A stretch of 64,000 nt of DNA from the human T2T-CHM13v2.0 reference genome, Homo sapiens. Below are positions 41,778 to 57,146 of the stretch, in pieces; position 1 is the stretch's first letter, and each line of letters begins with the position of its first letter. The DNA is taken from assembly GCF_009914755.1 (NCBI RefSeq), contig NC_060929.1. The stretch is one strand, 5' to 3'. A program made the translations under genes and the position numbers. A model generated the notes under the pieces. That model saw only the letters and a program-made list of their open reading frames with translations. It was not told the origin of the DNA and did no database searches.

Positions 41778-44700
41778 GTCACACATGCAAAATTATATGT
41801 TTATCTCTAGCTCCACTACAGATACATATTACTGAAAATGCATAAGATTCCTATGTGATACATTCATAATTTGGATTTAGATGATAGCCATTTCTAAATT
41901 CTGACCTTTATGGATGTTAGGAGATAAGCAAGTGTTACATTCTGTGACAAGAACTTGACGTAATAAGCATGATGCTTGTTTTCCACTTTGCTATTTTCCA
42001 AATTAATTGCTCTTTCCCTTAAAACAATTTTATAAAAAAAAAATTCTGCACTTAAGCCAAAATCGTGGTCCACTAGTATCTTGTTGTCAGCTCTATTCAT
42101 GTTTATTATTGACCAAAGCAAATTCTTTGGTGTTGGGGGAAAAACCACTTAAGAACAGTACTATGGCATAGTTGAAAGAAGATTAGAATGAATGTAGAAG
42201 GGCTGAACTTCTCATATTTAGTATACCTAGATCTTAAAATCTTGAGAAAATTCCTCCTGTTCTAGGTCTCTATCTCATTCCTTATAGAAAGTGAACCCAG
42301 AAAAGTTCCAATAGTTTACTCAAATCTAAAAGTTTTAGTTTGTAGAAATTAACCATGTGTCAGAGCAAGAAATTGAGAGAGTTAGAGCAACTTTAAAGAA
42401 ATTTAATATAAAAAACTAACTTGGGGAAGGCAAAGAAGAAGAGATGGAGTCAGGAGTCTTTGTGAGAGAAAAATTAGTAAGATATGGAATTGCCTGTACT
42501 TGAAGAGAGGAAGTTGAAGGAGTCAAATATAACTCTCAGGTCTTATGCCAGAGAAGCTAGGAAATGATAATGTGAACATTTTGAGAGTAGATGTGGGGGA
42601 GATCATAAGTTCAATTTTGGAGATAATGACTTTAACATGTTTCACATTCACATGGCAGAAGACAGTTGGAACTGTAATATTCTAAAACTCAGAAGTGATG
42701 CCAGGACCAAGGAAACAGCTTTAGGAATTGTATAGATTTGAGAACTGAACCTATAGAGGAACATGAGTCCTCCAAAGGGGAAACTATACATAGAAAGAAG
42801 AAAAGATCCAAAATGGTGGTCATGAGCCAAGTTTGTTCCAACAGGAAGATGGAGCAGCAAATGAGACTGATTTGAAAATTTCTCTGAGAGAAATGTAGAT
42901 AAAGAACAAACTTTTAGATTGATCATGCAAAGATAGGTTAGCATTATGAAAGCAATGGTAATGAGGTTGTACTGAAGAACAAATTGCAAACAGTGAACAA
43001 CAGTTTGTGTGGAGATACATGATATTATAGACTGTGTTAATGAAATGGGGCTGTTAACAAATGAAAGTCAAAGATAGGAAAGTCATAGAAAACATTTTAG
43101 AATAAGTGAAATTTGATTATTCTTTTATTTATTTAGATGAGTTTATGGTGTTTCCCATCCCCCTCTGTAATTGGAATGAAGGGAGGTGTAAAGTTGTTTC
43201 CTCCTTTTCAAGATTAGGAAAAACCTGATTACATTTGAAGGCTGATAGTATGGAAACTCTTAATAAAAAATAAATATGAAGAGTAAAAATGTGGAAAATG
43301 TAGTCATAGATGAAGAGAAAAAATTATACATTCACCAAAATGGAGAAATTTGCTTTCAATCATAGATGTAATGTATCTGCCACACAGACAGAAGAAAAAG
43401 AAGGAAAGGCAAATTTAGGAACAAAGTGAAACAAACAAACAAACAAACAAAACCCAAAAAACTGCATCTCCAAATAACGCTTTACTGGAGCTTTTCATTT
43501 TTCTTCAATAATGAAAAAAGTTAATTGCCACATTCTAAATCCAACACATTTCATATGTTTTGCAGTTAAACAACTGAAGCTAGGAGAGAATTTTAATTCC
43601 AACTTCTGGCCCTATGCTTCTTTAAAATATTGCTACCAAAGGAGCCTATAAACATAGCAGTGCATTTTCCTTAAGGGATGTAGGCATTTTAGTTCCCAAG
43701 CTGGAGGTCATTAAGAATCATCCTCAATTAGAAAAATATGATATAATTTTGGACCATGCATTTTTTAACAGGAATAATTTCTTAAATTGTCATGCCCCTA
43801 CACTATTTTAATCTAACGAAGTCTCAATTTACTCTGCTGTAACATGCAAACATACATTTCTCTAATATTCAATCTATATCCAACATAAACTTTATTGCTT
43901 TAGGATCTGTCTACTGGGAAAAAAGTCGTATCTTTTATAGGAAATGATTAAATCCTTCTTTCAATGCATATTTTTCAAAGGACAGGGCCAACACATAGAC
44001 TAACATAATTCTACCATGCAATAAATTACAGTTAATTTATCCACAATATCATCTAAGATCAGTTTTTACTAAAAATGTGAAGCAAACAGCACATTTTACA
44101 AAACAGATTCAAACAAATATTCATAAATCTCGGTTACTTTATTATAGTTACTGATACATATGAATAACAGAAAAAAGGAATAGCCCTAAAGTACATTTTA
44201 TACAATCAAATTATTTTTAATATAACACCAAGAGCTTTAATTCCTTGAAAAGTGGCAAAACACTAAATGCATTATTAATCAGTAAACTCAAATAAATTCC
44301 TCAGTTATTTTAGAGAAAACAAGTTTATTTTCCATATGCCTTCCTTAATAGCCCCATCACCCTTGCCTACTATTCTGTTATCATCGATGTTCTGTCCTGT
44401 GTGTGAAAGGCCTGTTCTCTCCAAACTCCATTACCCAAATCCCACCTGTCATTAAGGTCCAGCTCAAATGTCATATCCCTTCACTAGTTCTCCAGAACTT
44501 TCCAGCTTGAAGTAATTACTCTGTCCTATTAACCCTAATGTTTATTACCAGCAAATCATGTTCAGTATGCATTAGATTATCTGCTATTATATATTATTAA
44601 AGTACTATATATAGTACTATATATATATAGCTATAGATAATCGCTTCACCCCATCCCCACACTCCCACTAGACTGTAAGATCCTTAAGAGTAAGATTCAT

Positions 44701-46029
44701 GCCTTACTCTTGTTTGAATCTATTTCAGCACCTAATACATGGTTACATATAGTTGCAATTCAATACTTACATGCTGAGTAAATTTTGATAAGTGAGGACT
44801 TATCACTTTGATGACTAGCAGTCCTTTGATGATTACTTGTCAGATAAAAAAATATGAAGGTAGAATTTAGAAAAAAGATCAATTTCAATAGTTGTATAAC
44901 TATTTATAGTTCACTAGTAAAATGCTATGTAAAGTGTTCCAATATAAACAATAGTTAAATATTAAGACTGTATATTTTATAAGTCTGACATGGTTCTGTT
45001 CTAAGTTACCACTAATTTAAATTGAGTTAGGACTGTCAAAAATCTGTTATTGTTATATTTAAGGACTTTATCTTTACAAAGTCACTAAATGTAAGTTTGC
45101 AGATAATAGGGTTTCTTCTCAATTGGTTTAAAGTTTATAATTCACATAAGATATTTACGCCAAGAAAAGTATTAAATCCTTTAGTTAAAATCTGCATTTT
45201 GAAATTCTTTCTTTCCTGAATTTCAACAATGTCATGGGGAAACAGGGGTGGCAGAGAGGAAAGAAAGAGAGAGAGGATGTTGTGGAATATAAATTATTCA
45301 ACACTGCACCTACATGTATAAATTGATTTGACTATTGCAATGCACTTGACCAGTCAAAAAACACCATGGGAACAATGGACTACTAGGCTTGTGCCTAAAG
45401 CAAAATGTGAACATGTTACTAAATCAAATATCTACTGTGCATAAACAAAGGCTGTCTTAATTATTAGCATATTTATGCAGAAAATACTAGAAATTATATT
45501 ATTCTCGTACAGAATTTTGTTTTTTAAAGTTATTGTTAATAATAATAAGCTTCAAAAGCTAGAAATGATAGTAAAAGCTTCTTTAGGCCTCAGTGAGCTT
45601 GAACAGACAGAAGGATGTTTTCAGATGCCACTTGTCTACGTTAAGTACTTGCTAGTATTTATAGTTGTATTACAAATGTTTATTCTCAGGCTATCAGTAC
45701 ATATATTATCAACCCAGTTTGCAATAAAGGAACTGAATTCTATCAAAAAATTAAAAAGTCCTTAGCGAATTAAGTAAAAAAAAAAAAAAACTAAAGTAGA
45801 TTTTGCCTGAAAAGACTTGCTTGTTGTCTGTGTTTGAAACAGACGGTTGCCATATTTAATAATTCAGAAATGCAAATGATGTCATAAAAAATAAGAAAAA
45901 AATGTTATGCAAAAGATCCAATTTTTTTTAATTGGAGAGGCTTGTAGCTTTACCTATGTTCTCTGAGTCCTTGTTAATTAATTCTGCCCTGAGTCTTTCG
46001 CTGCTAAAAGGTTGTTTTATCTTTTTTTT

Positions 46030-46795
46030 TAAATAAACCTTTGCTTTAGAATAGTCTCACGTTTACAGAAAATAACAGAGTTCCCATATATCTCACACCT
46101 AATTTCTCTATTTTTAAATATTACATCAGTTATAAATAATGAACAAATGTTTATACATTATTATTAACTGAAGTCCATACTTTATTCACATGTTTGTACT
46201 TTTGATCTAATGTCCATTCTCTGTTCCAGCATGCTGTCCAGGGTACCACATTACAATTTAGTTAGCATGTCTCCTTAGTTCTGCTTCATATGACAGTTTT
46301 CTCAGATTATTTTTCTTCTTGATCACTTTCACAGTTTGGGGGGTACTCGTCATATACTTTGTAAAATGACCTTAAAAATTAGGATTTATCTGGTGTTTTT
46401 CTCATGATTAGACTGAGGTTATGGGTATTGCAGAGGAATAGCACAGAGGCAAAGACTACATCATGTCAAGTGTATATACTATCAACATGACTTATGACTG
46501 TTAATTTTGATCACTTAACTGTAATGTTAGTCCAGTTTCTCAAATCATTATTTGAAAGAAATTACTATTGACAGCCTACAGGTAAGGAATGCACATTAAT
46601 GGCCCACTTCCCTGAGGGTATAATAGCTACACAAATTATTTGAGTCCCCCCACACCATTTATTTATTGATTCAATACTTTTTATATCAGTATGATCTCAT
46701 GGATACTTACATTATACTTTGGGTTTATAACTCAATCCTAGTTTATTATTCAGTTGTTCAATTTGTTCCATCTTTGGCCACTAGAAGCTCTTTAG
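46030..46795 (-). mobile_element. Old L1M (L1MC-like) 3' end
   Basis: ACAGAGTTCCCATAT...ATACATTATTATTAACTGAAGTCCATACTTTATTCA...TTCTCATGATTAGACTGAGGTTATGGGT. Confidence 0.65.
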
Positions 46796-47037
46796 ATTAT
46801 CTTTTCAAATTCCACCCAAGCATCCCTACTCATTAGTGGCTTTTTTGAGTAATACAATTCTTTGCTTATATCAGTATCACAAGGAGGGGTTAGAGGTGAT
46901 AAAGAAATGTATTTGTCTTCAAATAAAGTTTTCTATAGCTACAATTAACTGATAAGACATTTTAAAATAGACCCCTTAATCAAAGGTCAGAAAATTGACC
47001 ATATGCTCTCTACCAAAAGAAAGGCACAGCAGAATCA

Positions 47038-47129
47038 TTCTAGTACTAACTTATTTCATGAATCATGATTTCAAGTATGAAATTCTAATACTAATTTATT
47101 TCATGAAACGTGATTTCAAGTATGAAATT
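47038..47129. repeat. Diverged tandem duplication, period 45 bp
   Basis: TTCTA(G/A)TACTAA(C/T)TTATTTCATGAA..TGATTTCAAGTATGAAA occurs twice. Confidence 0.85.
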
Positions 47130-48001
47130 ATGTGCCCCTAAATAATTTCCCATTGTTAATTACGTATGTTAAGTGAAATCTCTTGTGTAATGTTTAAGGC
47201 AAAATAAATTTTTCTCTTTGACAAAAGACCATACCAAGGCATTAAGTGAAAACCTTTTAGTTATTATACTCAGCTTTCCATGGGATAGTTATGTTTTAAA
47301 AGTTAATATTAAAATGCTAGTTTTCATTGGCTTTTAGTTGATATATATGTATATATATAGATATATAGATATATCACATATATGCCTTAAGTTGCTTTCT
47401 ATGAATTATATAAATTAGCTCTTTGGGATAAATAACTATAATCCTAAACTTTCTCTAGTTAAAACTTAATAATTTAAAACAATTTTATGAGGAGAACTTA
47501 GAAGTCTATATTTTAAGTGCCACAGAACTCTCTGAGAAGGCAGCTATCAAAATCACTAAATAAAAGGATAATGAATAAAAAGAGGAAAACATTCATTCTA
47601 GGAATCTTCTGTGATTGATCTTATACAGATCTTCTATCTACATATACACAGTATTTGTTTATAATTTTATGTTAAGCTTATGTTATGAACTCTAACAAAG
47701 TTTTGCAAGAATGAAAGAGAATATTTATTTTGTTAATTACACAAGTATTAATATAATGCCATTTATTAGATACAACTTAAGAAAATTTGTGTCCTCTTCT
47801 ACAACTTACACTTAATTTAATATCAACTGTATTTTTAGTCATTATAGATAAATTGAAAGCCAATGTTATCAGTTGACAAGATTTTTCAATGTCACACATG
47901 CTGAATGTTTTATTAATACATTTTAGAGTACAATAAACAATATTTGTGGAATTTAAAATAAGAAAGTATAGAATAAATGCATTTTCAATAAGATATGCAT
48001 G

Positions 48002-48153
48002 GGCTGGGTGTAGTGGCTCACTCGTGTAATCCTAACACTTTGGAAGGCTAAGGTAGGAGGATTGCTGGAAGGAAACCAGGAGTTCTAGGCCAGCCTGGCC
48101 AACATAACAAGACAATATCTCTATAAAAAATTTTAACTATTTAAAATAAAAAT
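48002..48153 (+). mobile_element. Free left Alu monomer (FLAM-like)
   Basis: Single left monomer with an A-rich tail. Perfect TSD AATAAGATATGCATG at 47987-48001 and 48154-48168. Confidence 0.85.
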
Positions 48154-51100
48154 AATAAGATATGCATGCATATATAAGTACTTACTATATGTTGTATGTA
48201 GGTGGCACATAACTTCAGGATTCCCAACTATTGCTACTTAGAAAATATATATAAGTGGCAATATGGTTTCCCAGAAAATATGACTTGATGACCCTGATGG
48301 AACCAGTGTTCTCACTACTACTCTGAATTTTATCACATATATCCTGCAAGAAGCATACTGTCACATACCTACAGATAATGTGTAGAACCCATCTTATATC
48401 GAGTCTGATAGTAGCTTGGCCCCCAATTCAGATGTGGCATGAGATCAACTTTTGTCCCTTAAGATATCCTAGGCCAGCCAAGTCCTTTCTCTCATTCTGT
48501 CTGCTAGTCACATTTTATCTATTACCCATACAAACCTTTGTTGGCTGTTCCTTCCCTAAACACACTGGATCTCATAATGGGAATTATCCAGAACACTCAT
48601 TCTCTAGCCCCACTGAGTCACTAGTGATCCTTGATTCAAACACATCCAAAAGCCAAAACCCAAATGTGGTTTGAGCCTATCATCTAAATTCTCTCTATAC
48701 ACACAGGCATGCTGAACTAGTAGAGAAAAAAATCACACAATTATGCCAAAGATAGCAAGACAAATTTATGTTCTTCAACATCTGCCCCATTTTTTCAAAC
48801 TGGACAGTACCTTTTGACCATTCCCTGGACCATTCCAAAGTATTAAATCACCTTTAGCTTCACAAAGAGCCAAGTAAAGCTAATATGATTTCAAGGCCAT
48901 CTCTATAGCTCCCATCACCCACTTGCATCCAAGCAGTTTGTTCATTTCCTTCCATTGTGAACAATTATGTTATACCATTAGACATAAAAACTTAAAGTAT
49001 AAAAGTTCAATAAAGTCATTTCAGTGTGAATATACTTCAATCTAAATAGCATGAATAAATGGTTGATGTCAGGTCCTTTTCTGTTTTAATATAAGATAAG
49101 CTCAAGAGTGAAAAGAGAAATGCTGTAAGAAAAGGTTGGTGAGCAAACCAAGGATTATCACACTTCACAACTTTTCCAAGACTCAGTCCTGTTGGTCATT
49201 GATTAGATCAAGACAAATATGGAACTGTCCATTGCAGTTGTGTGCATGCATCCCTGCTTCACATGATTTATAAAGGATGTGAGTGCATGTATGTGTATGT
49301 ATATTTTTATATGGTTGAACTTCATATAAACAAGCTTTATTCTCATATTTATTTTTGAGATATCACTTTACTTCAAATTTTCACATATACTTTGTCACTT
49401 AAGCTTTTCCAGTATGACCTGCTTTTTCATCATGAATATTGCCTATGACATCTTCAGGAAATCAACCATATTGTAATATGTGTCTTATAAGTACATAAAG
49501 AATATAGACATAACTTGCACTAGACAAATACACACATATATGCATAAGCAAATCTATATACACCTTATATTTTTATTGGTCAATCAGATACATTAGAGAT
49601 CATATTAAGTAAAGTATATCCATAATTATACTATTAAAATATTTTTTATTTGTATTTCTGTACAAGAAAATCAGGAGAAAAATTTTTAACATGTTCAGAG
49701 CAAGATATGTTTGGAGCATGTCTTGGAACAAGACACTTAGGCCATTCAGATAAATGATAATGGAAGGAAACTAAATCAAAAGGAGGTAGAAGACATAAAT
49801 GCTCTGGAAGGAATCTGAAATAAAATACAGGAAAGAATAGAAGGTCTAAAATAACCAGAGAATATTTGCAGTCTCAAGATAATGAGATATGAATTATAAA
49901 TAAGTTCTAAGAGAATGCAAAGTAAAGGAATGGTCATTTACATGTTGAAAGATTTGTGGGAAATCTTAACCTTGAATGGAAATATATTCAAATACAATCA
50001 TAACAGAGGAAAAATGGGCAAAGGTTGTGATGACACATTATAGAAGAAATGGACATGCAGTATTATCCTTGAGAGGTAGTTAATTATTACCTACCATCTG
50101 TCGATCAGCTATCATCTAGCCATCAATCTGTCTATCTACTAGCAATCCATATATCATATAATCCAACTAATACTGGTGGGAAATGATTCAAAATTTTTTT
50201 CAGCAGTTGCTTCATTATAACTTTAACTTGCCAAGTATTCAGTTCTGTCTTCACAGATGCCTGAAACATGTGGCTAATTCCTATTTGTCTTTGAATTCTA
50301 AGTTCAACTCCCACATCTTCATGGAGGCTTTCCTAACCCCTTGGATTAGATGAAACCCCTAGCTCTACCCTGCCACATATTACCCTGTAGTCTTCCTTTG
50401 TTATCAGTGATAACCTCTCATTACTTCTTTTCTGCATGTCTTCCTCACAAGATTGGAAGTTCACAAAAAAATAGAGTGATATCTGACTTCTTCACTGCTC
50501 TACTCTGGTTGAGCAGTGGCTGGCACATACTAGGTGATCAAGAACCTGTATTGAAGCAAATTGCCTATCTGTAGAGCCTTGTCTAAAGGTGAAAACTAAA
50601 TGCAAAAGGGCTGGAGCCTTGGGGGAAATTTGAGAAGCAGTGTGCAGACATGTAGGAAAACAATCCAAAGAGAAAAGAAACAGAGACCTCCAAAAGGGGT
50701 ATTAAGTGCCACTAAGGGGTTAAATTAAATAAATTCTAGGAAGTGTGTGTTATATTTAAAAAGAAGGAGGTTAAATGACATTTACTGTTTACTTATTTGG
50801 CTTGTTTAATTTCATTTTGTTGTTCTGTTTTGTTTATTTCTTCAAGGTAGGAATGAAAGGGTTACAGAAATGGTAATACAGGATTAAAGAGTAATGACAA
50901 GCAAGAGAGAGAAAGAGAGCGAGTAAATCTAAGTTCCCCTTTCTTAAAGTCTGGGAAGGTCAAACGTCAACCACAGAAGTAGCAAACATAACTGAGAGCC
51001 AAGGGTTTGTTTTAATTTACATTAAAATGTTTTGAGCATGTTTCTTATAGAGAAAGAATTTACATTTAAATTTACTCAAGTTAGGAGGATAAATGAAATG

Positions 51101-52307
51101 TATTTTTAAATTATCCATTATTACAGCATAGTCTGATCTTGAAGACTGGTGATACCTACCTCATCTTTCCAAAGATTAAACACATACACACACACATACA
51201 CACACACACTATAACGTTAAACAGAAAAGTTTTAGTAGCATTTTCCCAAATTCTCCAGTACATCTGTTTCTTTCTAATTCTGTTTGGGGTTCGGCTTCCT
51301 CGGATTATTTACATAGCTCTACAGTCCAAATAAGTGATGGCTACTTATGAAATAATTATTTTGGATGCAGTGATTCCCTTAGGTGAAATATCCTGCTATC
51401 AGACCACAAGAAACCAGAAGGAACAGTCTCAGAGGTACAACGGTACCATAGTTAATGCAGGAATTTCTTGGGCATCTGCCATCTGAAACCGTATGCATTG
51501 TTTCTTGCTTTTCTCAGTTGCCTTTTCTTTAGCAGACTCAAAGTCTAATAACAACTCTCCTAAATTTTACCAAGCAATTGTAATCCATTATTATTATAAT
51601 AAACTCCAATTTATAAGCTAATACATAACATTTATATAGTGGTAGATTGCAACCTAATGACAAACACTGACCTTTTTGTATAATAACTGCGTCTCTCCTC
51701 AATATTTGTGGCTAAAGTTTTAGAGCCTCCTTCTATTTTCATGTGCCTCCCAATGACTTCATCGTGAGTACAGCTCTTCTTTGCTATTTTCATTTAAATA
51801 GTCTGTTCATTTTGGTACTTAAGCACCACCATTCAAAAGGATACAGAAACACATAATGAAAGGAAATTAAAAGTATTTCTAGGAAGAATGTTTTCATTGG
51901 TTCTTGTAGTTTTCTGGAGTATTAAACTTAAGTACAGTCTAAAGAAGTTTTGTTTCTTTTTTACATGTCTTCCTGAATAAGAACATTTCTATTTTCAAGA
52001 TTTGCCCTTAACTCTTTACTGTCAAATATTTAACATTTTGCAAAAACAAATGAGCATCTGAAGTAGTTAGGTTTTAACACATAGGATCTAATCCAACATG
52101 ATGAACTACAAATGAAGCTCCCAGAAAATTGTAGCCAATCTTTGACTAAAAAGGCACCATTTCCCACTGGAGAATATCACCTAAATAACTAGAATTCATA
52201 TACCCAGAACAAAAAATATGTATAATTCCTAAAAGTGTATAAATTTAAAAGTCTGAGAAAATGACTAAGTCATTGGATCAGCATATGACTGAATACCTCT
52301 GGGACAA

Positions 52308-52540
52308 AGCATAGTGGTTAAGATATTGGGCTCTGAGCCAGGTCTCTGTGTTCAAATGTTAGTTTCTCCATTTATAAGCTATCATTATAACTGCCTAACT
52401 TTTCCATAGTTCAGTTTTCTAAGCTGAAATAGGAAACAAACAGTACCTGTCATAGGGTTGCTCTAAGGACTCAGTGAGGTAACAGAAATAAAGACACCTG
52501 GACTAGCACCTGGCACCTAGTTAGAACTTAGCAGCTAATA
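52308..52540 (+). mobile_element. MIR
   Basis: AGCATAGTGGTTAAGA..GGGCTCTGAGCCAG...TCAGTTTTCT...GTACCTGTCATAGGGTTG...AGCACCTGGCAC. Confidence 0.75.
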
Positions 52541-55076
52541 CTGCATTTGGAACACTTTTTGTAGAATATCTCACTGACTGTGTTGCCTTTCCCGTGTGAC
52601 CAGTTAAAACAACATTTCAGCAGGAAATCGTCCCCCAGCTAAATAAATGTAAAAATAACTATGATGGAGAATGCTTAAAATCTCTACTTATTTTGGGTAT
52701 TTAAAACAACATAGAGGCATGCATTTCAATAAAAATGACAGTATTTCTAGTCACACAGCGTATTTTGTGAACATTCTAACTCAGGTGAAGTCATGGAACC
52801 ATCTCAAGTCTAGTTATTGATTATGAAAGAATTTAAATATGTGAGTGTTGGACTGGCTTTAATTGATAAAAAATTGTACTTTCAATACAAAAAGTAGATA
52901 TTTAAAAAATCACATTTAATAAAATTGTTTCTTGGGAGAAATGCTATTTTCAAATGTCACTAGCTTCTAAATATTGCCTTACATGGCTGTATTTCGTAAA
53001 TGTCTATAGCAATGGGCCTGTTGTTGCTGTGACACTGATTTAAGAACACATTTTGGTCATTACTATCTCTTGCTGTTTGCCTGCAGTGAGCTCTCATAAT
53101 TAGGGCTGAATACACTGCACTATTAAAATTAAACCAAGCCTCTGGGAAAGAATCATGGAACTAGATGGTTAAAGGACACCCAGGCAATTAACAAGCATGA
53201 TAAAGTTAAAAATTGAAAATAGGAAAGTAGGTTAAGAGCTTTTCTCTCTCTTTCCAACATGATTTGTTGATACAGAAGGAATATATATCAGTTTTATTTT
53301 ACATAGGAAAGAAATGTAAAAGCAGTGCCACATTGCAGTCAACTAAATTATTTTGCTGTTTTCCAGTGGATTTTTCTCTTTGTACACTTAGAAGACGTGC
53401 AATTCTAAAATAATTCTACATTTGACTGACTTTCAAAACAAGCCTGAAAATGCTTTACGCTTTCTGGAATCACAACAGTGTAACAATGAACAAGTAAAGA
53501 ATTGCTATTTTATAAAATTTATACTAAAAAAGTATTGATTATTTATGATTTGAATTTATTAGGCTTCCTCAATTCCATTACATAATACCTCCTTTCTATT
53601 TGAACTACATGAACCAAATAATAAAAAGATTTGCATCCCAAAATGTTGGTAGCCATGAAAGTTTTCACTCTTCAGAAAAGAGGGAAAATCCATTCAAATC
53701 CAATAAAAAGAGTTAAGATTCTGATCCTTCTGAGACTATGTCTGGGATATTTTCCCTGCATAAAGTTGCATTAAGTTTTTTTGCCTCAGTATTATTAGAG
53801 TTTTGTTGGAAATACAAATAAGATCTGTGAGTAAAACAGAAAGATAAATAATAATATTGTACTGTCCTTTAATTATAGCCTTGATCTTTCCTTTTCAAAA
53901 TTAAGACCTCTTCCTTTTTCCCCTTCCTTTTTATTGTGAGGCTCATTAATTAAATAGGGTTGGTAAAATTATGCTTTTCTAATTATATTATCTCTTCATG
54001 TATTAGGTGAAGGTAGGTAATCATTTTTTACATCATTATGAACTCAATTTTAAACATCTGATGGGTTTGAAATCATAGAAATTCTTACCCTTTTTGAAGC
54101 TTATCTTTGGCTTCTTCAAGTGGGATCCTGATTCTTTTTGCTATTACCCTGGTAGTCTTTGATAACCTCCTTAATATCTGGTATGTCAAGTTTTTCCAGG
54201 CTCTTCAGATACATTGCCTGCCCAAGAACTGGGATCACACATTTCTCCTCTTCAAATTAAGGCAGACCAATTGTGCAAATTCCATCCCAGTTTCAGCTGC
54301 TGTTCCATCCCATTCCTGTTGGCTGCGTGGGAGTCTCCCATATTCTCAGCTTTGTCAGACACCCTTGCTTACCACTGCTTCCTTCCTCCAACACATAGCG
54401 CAAAATCAGGTCTTGCAGTTGTTGAAGGTTTGTGTCACTTATTTTTCAGGTTGCTGGGGATAGTTTTCCTGTAAAGTTGCCCATGATTTTTTGTTTGTTT
54501 GTTTGTTTGGATTTTGATCTTGCTCTGTCTTTTATATGCAAAAACTAAGCTGACATCTTAGTTTTGCATCTTTTCAGACTCAAGTTCTTTTTGCTTTTGA
54601 AAATCATGTCAACTTCAATTTCCTTTACTAAGATCTATGATATATTTTCTATTTACACAAGGGCTAATTTAACACTGCTCACTCAGGACGTTTTTCACTG
54701 GAATATTATTTCTTCACTGTAAATTTGGTAAACACGATAAAAAAAAAATCCTGGTCACCAAAAAGTTAAAATTTAAAAAAATCCTTTTTCAAAATATTGA
54801 CTCAATATTTTATTAATTAAGCCAAGAGGAACATAATGTTACCTTTCCATCCCTGTACAATAAGGTTTTAAAGGTGCACTGTTAAATCAAATAGCACAAT
54901 TTGGCAAAGTGGAACAGAAAATAAATGATACATACCTAAAAGTAATGTAATTATTTCTAAATGTCATTGCCCAAAGGGATACATTCTCAACTTTATTTTG
55001 ATTAAGACAGCACTGATTCTAAAGGCAATGACATTTAAATAGTTTTTATAGGGCTGTGAAAGAAGGGCCATGCCAA

Positions 55077-55428
55077 ATACAATAGATAGAATGTTTATGT
55101 CTCCCTAAAATTCATGTGTTGAAGTCCTAACCCACATGATAGTGGTGTTGGGAGGAGGGGCCTTTGGGAGGTGATTAGGTCATGAGGATAGAGCCTTCAT
55201 GAATGGGTTTGGTGCCCTCCTAAAAGAGATCCCTCACCCCTTCTACCCTGCTAGGTTATAGTGAAAAGACAGCCATTTGTGACAAGCAGACTCACACCAG
55301 ATAGCAAATCAACCAGCACCTTGATCTTGCACTTTCCAGCCTACAGAACCATCAGAAATAAATTTCTGTTGTTTATAATCCACACAGTCTATGGTATTTT
55401 CTTATAGCAGCTCAAAAGAACTAAGACA
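55077..55428 (+). mobile_element. MLT1A-like solo LTR
   Basis: AAATTCATGTGTTGAAGTCCTAACCC...GGGCCTTTGGGAGGTGATTAGGTCATGAGG...AATAAATTTCTGTTGTTTATAA...CTAAGACA. Confidence 0.85.
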
Positions 55429-55438
55429 ACAAGATATC

Positions 55439-55471
<33 letters not shown>

Positions 55472-55482
55472 CATATATATAT
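55439..55482. repeat. (AT)n microsatellite
   Basis: AT run with two AC interruptions. Confidence 0.9.
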
Positions 55483-56848
55483 CCCAATTTTAAAAACTAC
55501 ATAAAACCAAGCATTATAGTAAATAGAGCTCATAGAAATATGCATTTATTTAATTGTAATGGCTTCAACTCTTATTTCCAAATGTATGTTTCTGTGAAGG
55601 AATAAAATGCAGATTAAATGTCCACACTAAATTATTGTTTTTTATAGGGCACATAGGGAAAAAGGTTGTTGGAAATTATATATAAAAACCAAAGTTAAGC
55701 ATAATATTGCTAAAAGTCTCTTTATTTTTTCAAATTTATTAAGTGCCTACTTTATACTCTGCTTACTTCTAGCTTTGGGAGCCTGGGAGTGCAGTAATTC
55801 AAACAGTAAAAAAACAAACAAACAAAAAAAAGCACCTCATCTTAGTGGGCCTTAAATTCCAGATGGAGGGGGTGATAAACAATACTCGAAGTAAAGAAAC
55901 GAAACATTAAGTATGATAAATTGTGTAAATTGTGACATGTTCTATGAAAAAAAAGGCAGAGATATGAGAAATAGATGATAACCTGGAGTTTAAAATATGT
56001 TGAAATTTTAATGAGATTATATTTGTTTATAATTTTGTGCTATTATGAAAAATACCACAGGAATCATCTTTGTTCTCATGTCTTTGCAATCTTGTCATAT
56101 TTTTTCTTTACAATAACTTACTACCCTATACATTTTCAATATTTGTAAAATATAAAGTATCAAGCTGACCTTTAGAAAGGTTAGAATAATTTACAGTCTT
56201 TAGTGTCATATGGTGGCAAGCTCCCCCTCCATAGCTTTATTATTAAATAATTCACTAATATTTTTCTAGGATTTCTGATTTCAGTTATTTTTACCATTTA
56301 TAAATTAATTTTTTTTTTTTTACCATTTATAAATTTAAACCTAACTTTGGATTTAACTTTGCTGAAAAATAATAAAAATGGATTTTACTCAATTATTTCA
56401 GTAAATCATTTTTCTAATTCCAAATTAGGGTATATAGCTTATGTTTTTAGTTTTTTTAGTCAGTGATTTTCTTTTCTTTTATAGATTCCAATCATTGTTG
56501 ATATATAGGAAAGTTACTGATATATCTTAATGTATTTATCTTAGAAGCAGCCATCTTACTGAACTTAGCAGTTAACTCCATAATTTATCTGTTGGTTCAA
56601 TCAACTCTTTAATGTTCACAAAAAATAATTTAGGTTCCTTTCACCCAAGTATATTTCTAGTTAGAATTGTGTGCCTTATTGTATTGCCTGACCTATCCAG
56701 AACAAGTCTCTCTTCAATTCCTGCTCACCAGGTAGCTAGCCTCAAAACTAAACCAGTTGTTTATAGAGAATTCTCTCCCTCTCAAGGAAACTCCTTCTAG
56801 CCAGTTAAATATATATATATATACACACACACACACATATGTTTTGTC

Positions 56849-57146
56849 TTTTTTTTTTTTGATACAGGGTTTCACTTTGTCATTTAGCCTGGATGGAGTG
56901 CAGTGGTGTCATCTTGGCTCACTGAAGCCTCAACCTGCTGGGATCAAGTGATCTTCCCACCCCAGCCTCCCAAGTTGCTGGGACTACAGGCATGCATCTC
57001 CATGCCTGCCTAATTTTTGTATATTTTGTAGAGACGGGGTCTCGCCATGTTGCCCAGGCTGGTCTGAAACTCCTGAGCTCAAGAGAGCTGCCCGCCTCAG
57101 CCTCCCAAAGTGCTAGGATTACAGGCATGAGCCACCGTGCCTGGTC
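56849..57146 (-). mobile_element. AluJ
   Basis: Poly(T) then J-type sequence (AGCCTCAACC..CTGGGATCAAGTGATC, GTTGCCCAGGCTGGTC..CTCCTGAGCTCAAG). Confidence 0.9.

Noticed and set aside
44601-44618. Palindrome AGTACTATATATAGTACT
   Set aside because: Short and built on a TA repeat, so expected from slippage.
54107-54474. 118-aa and 86-aa overlapping ORFs in a slightly GC-richer patch
   Set aside because: Non-ATG starts and no recognisable protein; the region looks like decayed old repeat sequence.
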